Source: an uncultured virus (IMG/VR IMGVR_UViG_3300050821_024078) (taxonomy: Duplodnaviria > Heunggongvirae > Uroviricota > Caudoviricetes). From it: a stretch of DNA of 64,000 nucleotides. The position numbers were made by a program, and so were the translations under genes. This document shows, piece by piece, positions 17,599 to 28,346 of the stretch; within the stretch, counting starts at the first letter, position 1; each line of letters starts with the position of its first letter. The notes under the pieces are model-generated. The model saw nothing but the letters and a program-made list of their open reading frames with translations. It was not told where the DNA came from and did no database searches. The stretch is from IMG/VR virus record IMGVR_UViG_3300050821_024078; one strand, written 5' to 3'.

Positions 17599-19734
17599 AT
17601 GCCACAATCATTCACCTTTGAGAAATTTTTATTGTTAGAAAGTGATCAAAGGGTTCAATATCTAAAAAATGCATTTAAAGATAAAATATCACTAGATATT
17701 TTAGATAACATAGTTGAAACTGATCCAACTAGAAATAATATTTATACACAATGGTTAATAAATCAGTATCTTAAAAAAGCTATTGATGTTCAAGATTTGC
17801 CTGAAATATATAAATTTCTTGTACAATATGATTCGGTTAAATTGAATCTACCCGTTGAAGATCGTGATATTTTGAAAATATTCAAACTACAACCAGGAGT
17901 AAGATTTGATAATCAACCCAGTGTTAAATTGTTTCGTGATAAAATAACAGAAATACTTGCTGGGAAAGGTCTTGATATTAATGGTAATTTTATAGGTGGT
18001 CAAATTATTAAGAAATATGCACCAAATAGATTTTTAGTAGTTGTTAAGAATAAAAACTACTGTATAACAAAAGCCGTTGAATCTGGATGGTGTCTAAGAA
18101 CAGATGATTACGCTGAAAAATTTACTCAAATTAATACAGGTATATTTTTGATGGAAGATGGTGTAGCTCAAGTAGCCTGTGATTATAACCAACAGACTAA
18201 AGCCGTAGTTGATATACAAGGTAGGTTTAATAAACCATGGGAAGCAAAATATGATAGAGCTGTGATAGACATCTTAAAATATTTTGGTGTTATCACTGAT
18301 ATTAATTATAATAGACAAACTTTCTGGACTATTTACAAAGAAAGAGAATCCTTCAGGCATATGGTTGACTCTTTGTCTAATCTACAATTTTCAAAAGAAA
18401 AAATCATGTTCCTTCGTAAAAAAGGAATCCCTTATAATTTTACGCCTGAAGAATTACAAAACTTAACACCTTCAGAGAAGTTAGAACTTAATCTTCCTTT
18501 AACCGAAGAAGAAACTAAATCTCTTTCTGTAGCAATTAAGTATCTTAATGGTATAGAATTAACTGAAGAAGATAAACATAGGCTTAAAGGTACTGTATTA
18601 GGTAAAGTTTTAGAAATTATAAAAGATGATTTAAATACAGACGCTATAAAGGAATTGTTTCCTGAATCTGATATGCCTTCTCGTAAAGTTATTGTTGATG
18701 AAGATGGTATTGGTGTAGAATATAAATCAGCAGCATCTTTTTATGAAGATGTATATGGTATTTCTGATAGTTCAAGTTTCTGGTTATATATTGATGAGTT
18801 TAATTCTTATGAGAATCATGATAGTACCGAAACTGAAGAATATGCTGAAAGCTATATTGGACAAAAAAATATTGATTTATTAAAAGAAATATTTACTATT
18901 ATAAATCGTGAAGGTCTAACAAATGCAAAAGTTAATACAGATACAGGATATGAAAATGAATTTGAGAATAAAGCTATAGTTAAGTTTTTTGAAGATTTTC
19001 ATTCTGAATTGAAATCTTATACATTAGATGATTTATTTCGAGATATGTATTATGAAGCGGATGAATTAATGAAAGCAGAACAACAAAGATTAAAAAATAT
19101 GTTACCTTTAGGTGTATTTAATCAAGGTAGTAGTTGGAGAAGTTATGTTTATGATTATGATTCGGTAAATGGACTAGCTGTTAAATGGGATGAGTTTGCT
19201 AAATTTTTAGGTAAATATAAAAGCGATATTAAAACTCTTAAAAGCATTTTTAATAATAAACCAGTTATTGATGCTGATGATGTGATCTTTGGTGGTATAG
19301 ATTTAGATGAAAATTTCTCATCTTATCATTATACACAACAAGTTAATCTGGCTCCTTTACAAGAAAAAATGTTTGAAAATCTTTCTGAATTTTTAGATAC
19401 TTTAAATGATCCTTCATCTTTGGATAATGCTGAATTAAAAGAATATATCAGTTCTATAAGTAAATTAAATAGTACATTAAAAGATTTAGGTTTTGATGAA
19501 CATAAAGAGGCAACAAAAAATGGTATTAAGATCAAAGTCACTGAACTGAATATAGAAGATCCAGATAACATTAAAGTGAAGATAAAACGTACTGAACCAA
19601 ACGGTAAAATTGAAGTAGGATATGTTAAAATAGAAAACCTTTATAAGTATTTTCAGAAGACATTATTTGAAAAGAAGTTCTTTAAATCTTTAGATGATTT
19701 TATAAAGGAATCAAAAATACAAAAAGGAAAATAG
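17599..19734 (+). CDS. Large hypothetical protein, probable internal head protein
   Basis: N-terminal FTFEKFLLLES and C-terminal FKSLDDFIKES motifs; DPTRNNIYTQWL and GWCL segments; ATATATA upstream. Confidence 0.75.
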   Translation: MPQSFTFEKFLLLESDQRVQYLKNAFKDKISLDILDNIVETDPTRNNIYTQWLINQYLKKAIDVQDLPEIYKFLVQYDSVKLNLPVEDRDILKIFKLQPGVRFDNQPSVKLFRDKITEILAGKGLDINGNFIGGQIIKKYAPNRFLVVVKNKNYCITKAVESGWCLRTDDYAEKFTQINTGIFLMEDGVAQVACDYNQQTKAVVDIQGRFNKPWEAKYDRAVIDILKYFGVITDINYNRQTFWTIYKERESFRHMVDSLSNLQFSKEKIMFLRKKGIPYNFTPEELQNLTPSEKLELNLPLTEEETKSLSVAIKYLNGIELTEEDKHRLKGTVLGKVLEIIKDDLNTDAIKELFPESDMPSRKVIVDEDGIGVEYKSAASFYEDVYGISDSSSFWLYIDEFNSYENHDSTETEEYAESYIGQKNIDLLKEIFTIINREGLTNAKVNTDTGYENEFENKAIVKFFEDFHSELKSYTLDDLFRDMYYEADELMKAEQQRLKNMLPLGVFNQGSSWRSYVYDYDSVNGLAVKWDEFAKFLGKYKSDIKTLKSIFNNKPVIDADDVIFGGIDLDENFSSYHYTQQVNLAPLQEKMFENLSEFLDTLNDPSSLDNAELKEYISSISKLNSTLKDLGFDEHKEATKNGIKIKVTELNIEDPDNIKVKIKRTEPNGKIEVGYVKIENLYKYFQKTLFEKKFFKSLDDFIKESKIQKGK

Positions 19735-19735
19735 T

Positions 19736-20065
19736 TTATTCTATTTCCTTTCTATACTCTTCAATATCGAATTCAAATGTTTTGAAGTTACCTGAACCAT
19801 ATTTTTCTTCCATCCATTTATAAGCATCCTTTATGGTATCTTCACCAAATTTTGTAGAGGGCACAAATTGTATATCCGTTGACCAGTCTTCACCTTTATC
19901 CTTAGTTTTAATCATTACAATAAAATCTACATCTGCTGGTCTTTCCTTTTTAGTTGTAAAACTTCCTAATACTACGACCTTTTCGATATCAATAACAGTT
20001 GATATTTTAGAAACTAGGTCTTTTGATTTTAACCAAATAAAATCTCTATATTCTTTGTCTTCCAT
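19736..20065 (-). CDS. Minimal nucleotidyltransferase (pol-beta superfamily)
   Basis: VVVLGSF...ADVDFIV...TDIQF. Confidence 0.8.
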   Translation of the reverse strand: MEDKEYRDFIWLKSKDLVSKISTVIDIEKVVVLGSFTTKKERPADVDFIVMIKTKDKGEDWSTDIQFVPSTKFGEDTIKDAYKWMEEKYGSGNFKTFEFDIEEYRKEIE

Positions 20066-20135
20066 AAAATTTTTTGTTGTGTTTTTAGCATCAGCTTATA
20101 TTTTGAATATATAAGTAAAATATGTTATAACAAAA

Positions 20136-21893
20136 ATGGCCACACCACCAATTTTTAAATTTGTAGAGGTTCAGTTTACAAAATTATCTAATCAAGTTGA
20201 TACTTTTATACAAACAACATACAATAAAAGTAGTTCAGTACTTTCCCCGGCGGATCCATTTGGTCATATTTTAAAAGCTGTAGAGGCAATTTATCAACAA
20301 TCTAATGTTTATCTTAAGAATATTGTAGCACAATTTGATATTAAAAAATCAAATAAACCTCAATTTTTATGGTTTGCTTCAAGGATAGCAGGACATGATC
20401 CAACAAGAGGAATATCTGCTACTGGTACATTAAGATTACAAATAAAACCAGATCAAACAGTTGAAGATGATATTCCTGGTGGACAAATTACAATTTTTAA
20501 TAAAACCAGATTAACAAATAAATCTAACGGTAGAATATATTTTGTAGATATGGGTGGCGTAGATTCGTCCAAATATACAATAGTTGCTGGTCAAAGTTTC
20601 TATCTTCCTCTTGTTCAAGGAACAATGGAAACACAAACGGTTACAGGTACCGGAGCAAAAAATCAAAGTTTTTCTATTAATGTTCCAAGTAATAAATTTA
20701 TTGAGAATTTTAGAGTTACTGTAAGTGTAAATGGTGTAGTTTGGGCAAAAAAAGATTTTGTTGATTTATTAGCTTCCGAAAATGCTTGTTGTGTAAGAAC
20801 AGGTATGACTGGAGGTCTTGATGTTTATTTTGGTAATGGTAATATGGGTGCTATACCACCTTTGGCAGCAACTATAGTTGTTGAATATCTTCTTACTGAT
20901 GGTTCATTAGGAAATATACCTTCTATAAAAGATAATGATTGGACTTTTACAGATGATGCTTATGATGCCTATGGTAATACAATAGATGCTACAAATATAT
21001 TTGACATATACATTAACGATGAAATAAGTCTTGGTGGTGATGGTGAATCTATAGAATTTACAAGAGCTATATTACCAATGACATCAAAGAATTATGTATT
21101 AGCTACACCAGAACAGTTTATGTATACTTTACAAAGACTTGGTATATTTTCTCAAGTATATGCTTATACTACACCAAGAGGTATAACAAATGAAAATGGT
21201 GTTATTACAGATGATTCCGTTGTTTATCTTTTTTTAGTTCCAGATATAAATATTTATTTACAAGGTACAGGTTTTAGTTATTTTGATATAGATATTACAG
21301 CATTTTCTTTAACTGATGCACAAGAATTACGTATAATGGAATATTTAAAGATAATGGGTACTATTTGTATTGGTACAAGTATAGTAATAAAACAACCAGT
21401 AATTTTAAATTATGTTATTCATATTTATCTTTATATTTATGATGATGCTATAGAGGACAATATAAGATCTCAGATATTGCAGGTATTGAGTAGTTATTTT
21501 TTAACAACTAACCGAAGAGATCGTATACCAAGATCTGATGTTATAGGTGCTGTTGAAGCTATAGATGGTATTGATTCCGTAGATGTACAGTTTATATCAG
21601 CTGCTAATGAAGCTTATCATTTAGCCTATACTAATTATGTTGAATCACTAATTTTAGCTCAACCTACTATAGATCCTACTACTATTATAATGCCTGGTTA
21701 TGATCCGACTACAGTATTAGGATTAGATCCACAATTTGGTGATATCGTAATTAATCAGGACGAATTACCAATTATACGTGGTGGTTTTACAGATAGAAAC
21801 CAAAATACTTATAATGAAATACCTACTACTAAAGGTTTAAGTTCTGTAAATATACACTATACTGGTGTAATAAAAAGAAGATTGACCATATAA
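20136..21893 (+). CDS. Baseplate wedge subunit (T4 gp6 / baseplate J-like)
   Basis: ASRIAGHDPTRGISATG, DVYFGNGNMGAIPP, VEYLLTDG..GN, GGDGESIE, IDGIDSVDV. Confidence 0.82.
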   Translation: MATPPIFKFVEVQFTKLSNQVDTFIQTTYNKSSSVLSPADPFGHILKAVEAIYQQSNVYLKNIVAQFDIKKSNKPQFLWFASRIAGHDPTRGISATGTLRLQIKPDQTVEDDIPGGQITIFNKTRLTNKSNGRIYFVDMGGVDSSKYTIVAGQSFYLPLVQGTMETQTVTGTGAKNQSFSINVPSNKFIENFRVTVSVNGVVWAKKDFVDLLASENACCVRTGMTGGLDVYFGNGNMGAIPPLAATIVVEYLLTDGSLGNIPSIKDNDWTFTDDAYDAYGNTIDATNIFDIYINDEISLGGDGESIEFTRAILPMTSKNYVLATPEQFMYTLQRLGIFSQVYAYTTPRGITNENGVITDDSVVYLFLVPDINIYLQGTGFSYFDIDITAFSLTDAQELRIMEYLKIMGTICIGTSIVIKQPVILNYVIHIYLYIYDDAIEDNIRSQILQVLSSYFLTTNRRDRIPRSDVIGAVEAIDGIDSVDVQFISAANEAYHLAYTNYVESLILAQPTIDPTTIIMPGYDPTTVLGLDPQFGDIVINQDELPIIRGGFTDRNQNTYNEIPTTKGLSSVNIHYTGVIKRRLTI

Positions 21894-22237
21894 TGAAATA
21901 CATCCAAACATTTGAAAGTTTTGAAGATTCTAAAGCTGTATTTTATAGCTGTGTAAAAGAACCTATACTGTTCAATAATTTTATTGAACAAGAAGTTTAT
22001 AAAAATAGTAAATTTACACCTGAAGATATATTAAGATGGATGGAAAAATATTTCTTAACTCTTGATGATAAAGTAGTTTGGGTTTCTCCTGACAAAGATA
22101 TGTGTTACCGATTTAATGATACAGAAACTCAGGAAATAAAACATTACACTTTAAGTGATGGGTTTATAATCCCTGAGTCTGATGATTCTAACAATGGATT
22201 TCTTATGATCCTACGAGACTGTTTGTCTCAAAATTAA
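21893..22237 (+). CDS. Small protein with capsid-targeting-like N-terminus
   Basis: Starts MKYIQTFESFE. Confidence 0.7.
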   Translation: MKYIQTFESFEDSKAVFYSCVKEPILFNNFIEQEVYKNSKFTPEDILRWMEKYFLTLDDKVVWVSPDKDMCYRFNDTETQEIKHYTLSDGFIIPESDDSNNGFLMILRDCLSQN

Positions 22238-23051
22238 GAGTCGTTGATTCTTTTGTTTTTGTGTCAAAATAAGATAGTATGATTTGATCTTTATTATCTA
22301 TATTGATATGTTTTATCTTAATATCTTGAGCATATTCTACATGTTTTTTAAGACTTAATTTTAAATACTTCATCAATTTAAAAATCTTGAATCCTTCAAT
22401 AATTTTAGAAATATTAAAGAATATAATTACAATCATGATCAATAGTGGCGAATATGCTTTGTTGTATATGAAATATGGTATCAATGCTGATGCTAAAAAT
22501 ATACTTATAAATCCGGCATAGAAAGAAGCTAGTTTCAGCGATTTTGTTATTTTCCAACAAATAGATGTTAATACATGACCACCATCCATAGGTGCTATAG
22601 GTAACATATTAAAAGTGAACATAACAAAATTAGCAAGTGTAAAAAAGACAGCAAAATTATTACCTATTTTATTAACGTCTGGTAAATTATTAAGATCAAT
22701 GAATAGTAATCCTATCAAGAAGAAACATAAATTTGTAGCTGGTCCGGCAATAGCTATTATAAATGTATGTTTTGGTTTTGTCCAAACCGATGATGATTGT
22801 GCCATACCACCAAAAAAATGTAAATATATGGTATCAGTGATATAACCATAATGTCTACTGGCAAATACATGACCGAATTCATGTATCAACACTAAAGTGA
22901 AAAGTGTTATAAACATTTCTAAACCGTATATTATCTCATAGTATTTACCAGTGATGATATGTGGTATTATAAATGTTGACATTATTAATAAAATAGACCA
23001 ATGTATTTTTATATCGGTTTTGAATATTCTAAAGTTGAGCGTTTTAAACAT
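22203..23051 (-). CDS. Site-2 protease (peptidase M50) intramembrane metalloprotease
   Basis: LIHEFGH, FFGGMA, IAIAGPATN, FNMLPIAPMDGG; multiple TM helices; likely start MFKTLNF. Confidence 0.92.
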   Translation of the reverse strand: MFKTLNFRIFKTDIKIHWSILLIMSTFIIPHIITGKYYEIIYGLEMFITLFTLVLIHEFGHVFASRHYGYITDTIYLHFFGGMAQSSSVWTKPKHTFIIAIAGPATNLCFFLIGLLFIDLNNLPDVNKIGNNFAVFFTLANFVMFTFNMLPIAPMDGGHVLTSICWKITKSLKLASFYAGFISIFLASALIPYFIYNKAYSPLLIMIVIIFFNISKIIEGFKIFKLMKYLKLSLKKHVEYAQDIKIKHINIDNKDQIILSYFDTKTKESTTLNFETNSLVGS

Positions 23052-23052
23052 G

Positions 23053-23451
23053 TTAGTCGTTCCAGTTAGTTGTTGGTAATAATTCATCAAAGGATTCTCC
23101 TTTAGATAGTTTTTCTCTTACAAAAGCCCAATCTTTATTTGATAGGCCTTTTTTCCAGTTATCCCAATGGCTATACCATCTTCTGTATTCAATGCTGGAG
23201 AATTGTTTGTCGCCTTTCTTTTCGTATAATTCTGTAACACCAAAACGTTTGACTGTAGTGATTAGATAGTTGTGGCGTTCACTTACTTCTTCCATATCTT
23301 TTTGTACTTTTATAACATCAGCTGGCTTAATTTCTCTATTGATAAATTTAAGACCCATATGATGGATATAAGCAGCGGATTCTTCAATCATAAAATAAAT
23401 TACCTGTTCAGGTGATTTATCAATAAATTCTTTATATTCTTTAGTAATCAT
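23053..23451 (-). CDS. Hypothetical protein
   Basis: 132-aa ORF in operon. Confidence 0.7.
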   Translation of the reverse strand: MITKEYKEFIDKSPEQVIYFMIEESAAYIHHMGLKFINREIKPADVIKVQKDMEEVSERHNYLITTVKRFGVTELYEKKGDKQFSSIEYRRWYSHWDNWKKGLSNKDWAFVREKLSKGESFDELLPTTNWND

Positions 23452-23480
23452 ATACCTTTTATACAGCTATTACGAAAAGT

Positions 23481-23831
23481 TTAGGATATACTATATTTGT
23501 TACTCAGGTAATAATCTTCTTCCTCCTTTTGTTTGGAAAGATTTATTTCTTTACCATTCAAATATCTGTGATAAGCCACAAGAATATGATGTGACATATT
23601 ATCTGGATGCGTAATCCCAGACTCATTCAAAATAGTTTTAAGAGGTGACTCATACCATAAATTATATAAGTTCCGGATCATTCGACCAAGGAAATTATGT
23701 TCCATGATTGCTGCACCATATTCATTAGTAATGTTTTTAAACACTTCTTTTGATTTTGGTAAATCCTGAAATACATTGTCAAGATCTGTGAAACACTCTT
23801 CAAGAGTGGTTGGTGTTTTAATTGCTTCCAT
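23481..23831 (-). CDS. DUF6794-like protein
   Basis: PTTLEECF..LD, H.FLGRMIRN.YNLW, GITHPDNMS..IL..YHR.LNGK. Confidence 0.7.
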   Translation of the reverse strand: MEAIKTPTTLEECFTDLDNVFQDLPKSKEVFKNITNEYGAAIMEHNFLGRMIRNLYNLWYESPLKTILNESGITHPDNMSHHILVAYHRYLNGKEINLSKQKEEEDYYLSNKYSIS

Positions 23832-24883
23832 TATTTTACATTATATTCTTTTTTGACTAATTCTGTGTTAATATCTTTTCCTTTTACGAATTTTTCAATC
23901 CATATTAGTTTTCTTTCAAGACGACCTTTACCAACAACTTGTTGTCTCCAGTGTGGCCTTACAAGCCAGTGTAAAGTCTTTACTTCATTTTTACGACCTG
24001 TTTTATTACTAAGACTGTTATCATAACTTCTATCAATGGTAATAGTGTCACCAACAGATTTGAAATTAATTTTAGAAAATGGTGCGTCTTGTGCTTTTTC
24101 TAAAGGTGTTCTAGCTTTTGTATTGTATTTAGCTTTTACCGGGTTTATATCAGCATTTGCTGAGTTTATATAAAGAATACTGTTACATACAAATTTAAAT
24201 ACTTCTTCAACGTAAGGTATAGCATCTTCCTGTCCGGAAATTATGAATTTATTAATATGGTATTTAATTGTTTGGAAAATATCTTTACCCTCTTCAATTA
24301 CAAAATTACAAAAGAATTGACTTTGCTTTTCAAAATTAATAGGATTTCCTGATAATATTAAAAGCTTTACCAATCTAGCATTATCTTTAGCTGTATATGT
24401 TTTTTCAGACATAGTTAAGTCTTCACTTATGTTTCGCATAAAAACATATACACCAGATACTGACATAACTCCACCTCTTATATTATTCATTTTAACCGTA
24501 GTATTATATGGAAAATGAAGATATATACTTTCTGCTGGTAATCTTAGAAAATAACCATCGACTTTTTTAATGTCTGTATCAATTAGTTTTTGTGTAATAT
24601 CTGACTGAAATCTAAATAATTGTTTCTCTTTACAGAAATAATAAGTATGTAATATGTAAGATTGAAAAGATTTCATATCATTTACTTGAATAATTAAATT
24701 TCTAATATGTAAATCGTGAACAAACTCAGCAAAGAATTCATCGTCAAGATCTTCAAGAGCATTACCATTTATTTTTGCGAAGTTTTCAACGGCTTCCACT
24801 AAATCTACTTTGAATACTTTTTTTATGTATTCTGTGTAATATTCATAATTCGATTTTATAACTCTTTCTATTTTTTGTTGCAT
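23831..24883 (-). CDS. Hypothetical phage protein with basic H-W-R C-terminal motif
   Basis: HWLVRPHWRQQVVGKGRLERKLIWIEKFVKG; likely start MQQKIE. Confidence 0.75.
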   Translation of the reverse strand: MQQKIERVIKSNYEYYTEYIKKVFKVDLVEAVENFAKINGNALEDLDDEFFAEFVHDLHIRNLIIQVNDMKSFQSYILHTYYFCKEKQLFRFQSDITQKLIDTDIKKVDGYFLRLPAESIYLHFPYNTTVKMNNIRGGVMSVSGVYVFMRNISEDLTMSEKTYTAKDNARLVKLLILSGNPINFEKQSQFFCNFVIEEGKDIFQTIKYHINKFIISGQEDAIPYVEEVFKFVCNSILYINSANADINPVKAKYNTKARTPLEKAQDAPFSKINFKSVGDTITIDRSYDNSLSNKTGRKNEVKTLHWLVRPHWRQQVVGKGRLERKLIWIEKFVKGKDINTELVKKEYNVK

Positions 24884-25025
24884 AAGTATTTTGTTATGAT
24901 TATACAATAGGTCTGTAAAGTAAGTAAAATTTTTGAATATTTGCAACTTTTATATTCAAAAAACTCTAAAATTTTTTGGAGCCGGAAATAGCACAATATA
25001 TAGATTATAACAACTTATAAATCAA

Positions 25026-25286
25026 ATGGCTTTAGAAAAAGACAGACAAATACCTGAATTATACAATCTTAAACATATGCAAGACAATCTTCCATATAGA
25101 CATTTTCCGTATGAAGATGTGATTCTTCAGAATTCAACAACACCATATTTACAGAAAAATCCTGTTATGTATGGTTTTATTTTAAGTCTAGAGAAGATAA
25201 TTACTCTTATGATAGAAAAAAATGTTGTAATGCGTAACTATTTTAATTTCACTGTTAATAAGTATTATGATGATCACTGGGGTTAA
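25026..25286 (+). CDS. Small hypothetical protein, probably structural
   Basis: ATATATA motif upstream; adjacent to structural genes. Confidence 0.65.
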   Translation: MALEKDRQIPELYNLKHMQDNLPYRHFPYEDVILQNSTTPYLQKNPVMYGFILSLEKIITLMIEKNVVMRNYFNFTVNKYYDDHWG

Positions 25287-25353
25287 TAAGTTATATTTTT
25301 AGATAAACTATTTTCGATTACAATATATAAATAATAAAGATTATAAATCAAGT

Positions 25354-25767
25354 ATGAGCGATAACGCAAAGGATAATGAAGTTAAATTATATGGTAAGGT
25401 AGCCAAACTTCCAAAAAATGCTAATGTTGTAAGTTTTATGGAATCTATAAAAATTCCTAAAAATAAACTTTGGTATATCCTTGTGGAGAATCAGGATAAT
25501 GAACTTCATGCGATAAAAGTTAATGATGCTGAAGAAGCATTTAAAATGAATGCGTTTGTTGTTGAATTGAAAAAACATTACATTCTTTATTTTCGTGAGA
25601 AGAAACAAGATAAATTAGTTGATTTAATTGAAAAAATTCAAATAGTTGGTAATGATAAGTTCAGCCTTATAAAAAATATACCTAAAGTTAAGATCAACGA
25701 GAAGATGTTGATTACTAGAATCACAGAAGACTTAATTCGTCTTCTACAGGACGAAAAAGGCTCATAA
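25354..25767 (+). CDS. Hypothetical protein
   Basis: ATATATA upstream; terminator downstream. Confidence 0.7.
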   Translation: MSDNAKDNEVKLYGKVAKLPKNANVVSFMESIKIPKNKLWYILVENQDNELHAIKVNDAEEAFKMNAFVVELKKHYILYFREKKQDKLVDLIEKIQIVGNDKFSLIKNIPKVKINEKMLITRITEDLIRLLQDEKGS

Positions 25768-25779
25768 AGAGCCTTTTTT
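25754..25779 (+). terminator. Rho-independent terminator
   Basis: AAAAAGGCTC-ataaa-GAGCCTTTTTT. Confidence 0.8.
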
Positions 25780-25832
25780 ATTTTTAAATAAATTTACCCA
25801 TTCTAATATATAATTCAAACCGTATAAAATAG

Positions 25833-27839
25833 ATGGGCTTCCTACAATTTCCAAAAGAGATAAAAATAGTTAAAGGACAAGATATAGAAATAAAATTGTC
25901 TGGTAATTATCCTAAATTATTTTATGCTAGAATAATAGTACAGAATAATATTTTTAATCTTCCAGAGGATATATTAACCATAGAAAATGGTTTAATTTAT
26001 AAAGGTATAGCTGATATACCTGGTGTTTGTATACTTGATATTGAACAGGTATGGGGAGCTGAATTAGATCCAAGTTATGATTATATTTGTAATATTACTA
26101 TTGAAAATATTATTGAACCAGATACTATTACTAAAGAAACCAAAGTTCCCGAAGTTTTACAAGTTGAATATACTTTAATTGATACTATACAAGAACCAAA
26201 TCAAAATAGTTATGATTTTGATGGATTTCTTACAAAGTCACTTAAGAAAAATATTAATCCAAATGATAATTCTGTATCAATAGTTATAAAGTCCGATATA
26301 TCACAGACTTTAAGTTTAAAAACATCTGATTGTAAATTAGATAAAACAACAGTTGAATTTAAAAATATTAATGAACCAACATCAATATTTTTTACCTTCC
26401 CAAAAATATTAAATAAAGGTTTAATTTATGGACTTAAACTAAGTTATCTTAGTAAAGTCGTAAATATTATGTTACCAGCAGGTATATTTTTAAATAGTAC
26501 TGATTGGAAGGAGGATCTTTTGAATCAACTTCTTCTCTTGTCTGAATTGGATCAGTTAGAATGGTCTTGGGTATGGGAAAATAACAAATTACATGCCACA
26601 GCATCACAATCTTATCATGGATATAAAGTTGAATGGTTAACATCACCTGATATAAATTTATCGAATAGTTTTTTTTCTGAACCATATTCAGACGATACAC
26701 AAATAGTACAATTATATTTAGGTAAAGATAATTATTGGATAGAAAAAACTATTACTTTAGAATTAGACAGTACTTATAAAGCGAAAAATTCTAAATTAGA
26801 ACTTAAGCTTTTTAATACTACCAACGAAATATTTATAGTACCACAAACAACAGTATTGATAGTTAAAGAAATTAATCGAATATATTTCACACTTAATTCA
26901 GTATTATCAACAGATTTTAATGGAACCTTTAATATAAAATCAAATACATTAAAAAAATGGTCTGATGTCAAATTATTAAAAGACACTATCAATATATCAG
27001 CTGGTAATACAACTGATTATATTGAGATACAAACATTAAAAAATAAAGTTGGTAAATTTGAACTAATCTTTGAAGCTGATCATAAAAATATGCTTCAACA
27101 AAAATGGTGTTTTGAAATACCATCTAAACCTATAGTAAAAAATAAAAGGGTTGTTGAATTTATATTTACTACTTTATATAAAAATGATACGATTTTTATA
27201 TACGCAACACCTAAACAAGTTATTGAATCAGCAGAAACTGTAGATGTTATTATAGGTACAGATAAAATTAGTTTGTCTTTAGAGCCAGGATTTAAAACAG
27301 CTATAATAAAATATAGAAAGATTGTAATTGGACTATTACAACTATCATTAAAAATAAAAGATAAAAGTTATTCTGTACTTGCTTATGATGATACAATGCC
27401 TGTTAAATTACTTAATATTGGTGGTTTATGGAAGTTATCTAAACCTTTACCTATAGAGGTTATGATGTTAGAGAATGATGATAAATTCACATTATTAAGT
27501 ACAGGTCAAAGTTGGTTACCAGGGCTTGATACCAATACGACAAAAGTGTCTTTTAAAACATCATCGGGACAATTAATTTTTTCTCAGGAAATAAATAAAA
27601 TAATAAATCCTCCTGTTATACAATTAAAAATTGTTAATAACACTGTTATTGTAGAGACTAATTATTTACCATCACAACCAATACATTTTACTTTAAATTG
27701 GAATTATGATATAATACAGGATAAGATTAATATGGGTGAAAAAAATTGGTACAGAGTTCTTAAGAGTGGACAACATTCTTTCAAACTAACATCAACTGAT
27801 GTAACTGTTATTAATAGTAAAATTGATGTTTGGATATAA
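25833..27839 (+). CDS. Beta-rich hypothetical protein, possibly a virion protein
   Basis: 668-aa ORF with ATATATA upstream. Confidence 0.7.
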   Translation: MGFLQFPKEIKIVKGQDIEIKLSGNYPKLFYARIIVQNNIFNLPEDILTIENGLIYKGIADIPGVCILDIEQVWGAELDPSYDYICNITIENIIEPDTITKETKVPEVLQVEYTLIDTIQEPNQNSYDFDGFLTKSLKKNINPNDNSVSIVIKSDISQTLSLKTSDCKLDKTTVEFKNINEPTSIFFTFPKILNKGLIYGLKLSYLSKVVNIMLPAGIFLNSTDWKEDLLNQLLLLSELDQLEWSWVWENNKLHATASQSYHGYKVEWLTSPDINLSNSFFSEPYSDDTQIVQLYLGKDNYWIEKTITLELDSTYKAKNSKLELKLFNTTNEIFIVPQTTVLIVKEINRIYFTLNSVLSTDFNGTFNIKSNTLKKWSDVKLLKDTINISAGNTTDYIEIQTLKNKVGKFELIFEADHKNMLQQKWCFEIPSKPIVKNKRVVEFIFTTLYKNDTIFIYATPKQVIESAETVDVIIGTDKISLSLEPGFKTAIIKYRKIVIGLLQLSLKIKDKSYSVLAYDDTMPVKLLNIGGLWKLSKPLPIEVMMLENDDKFTLLSTGQSWLPGLDTNTTKVSFKTSSGQLIFSQEINKIINPPVIQLKIVNNTVIVETNYLPSQPIHFTLNWNYDIIQDKINMGEKNWYRVLKSGQHSFKLTSTDVTVINSKIDVWI

Positions 27840-27888
27840 TAAAGGGACAATAGCATTTTGTATAGATAATTAAAATTCTAGCCACAGA

Positions 27889-28290
27889 GTGAATATTTTT
27901 GTAGTATATTGCCATAATAGAAAAAAGTTTGATAAGTACGCCAAAGTTAATAGGATTCGAAACAAATATGTTTTAGATATACCAAAGTTAATGAATGAGG
28001 ATAAAATAAATCCTGATGATCCAGAAGGTATGCTTTATCTCAAAGTCATCATTCTTAAAAAAATACAATTGGCTCAAGAGAAAAAAAGAGATATTTATTA
28101 TCTTCCAAATTTTTATTCTCATAAATTTCAAACAGAATCCTTACTTACGTTAAGACGAGTATTAACCCAAAAAGATTTATTTAATTTACTTATTTTTCAT
28201 CAAGAGTTTGAAAAACAACCAGAATTAATTCAGGAAGTTATTCAGTACATATCAGATTTCGATAACACACAGATTATTGAAGATTATTAG
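27889..28290 (+). CDS. Hypothetical protein
   Basis: 133-aa ORF with GTG start. Confidence 0.65.
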   Translation: MNIFVVYCHNRKKFDKYAKVNRIRNKYVLDIPKLMNEDKINPDDPEGMLYLKVIILKKIQLAQEKKRDIYYLPNFYSHKFQTESLLTLRRVLTQKDLFNLLIFHQEFEKQPELIQEVIQYISDFDNTQIIEDY

Positions 28291-28346
28291 AAAATTATTG
28301 ATAATCTGAAATTTTTTATATATACACCAAACCAAATAATCAAAGA

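Noticed and set aside
17521..17607. N-terminal extension of the DUF2779 ORF as given in the ORF track
   Set aside because: It spans the divergent promoter region and overlaps the next gene; ATG at 17520 is the better start
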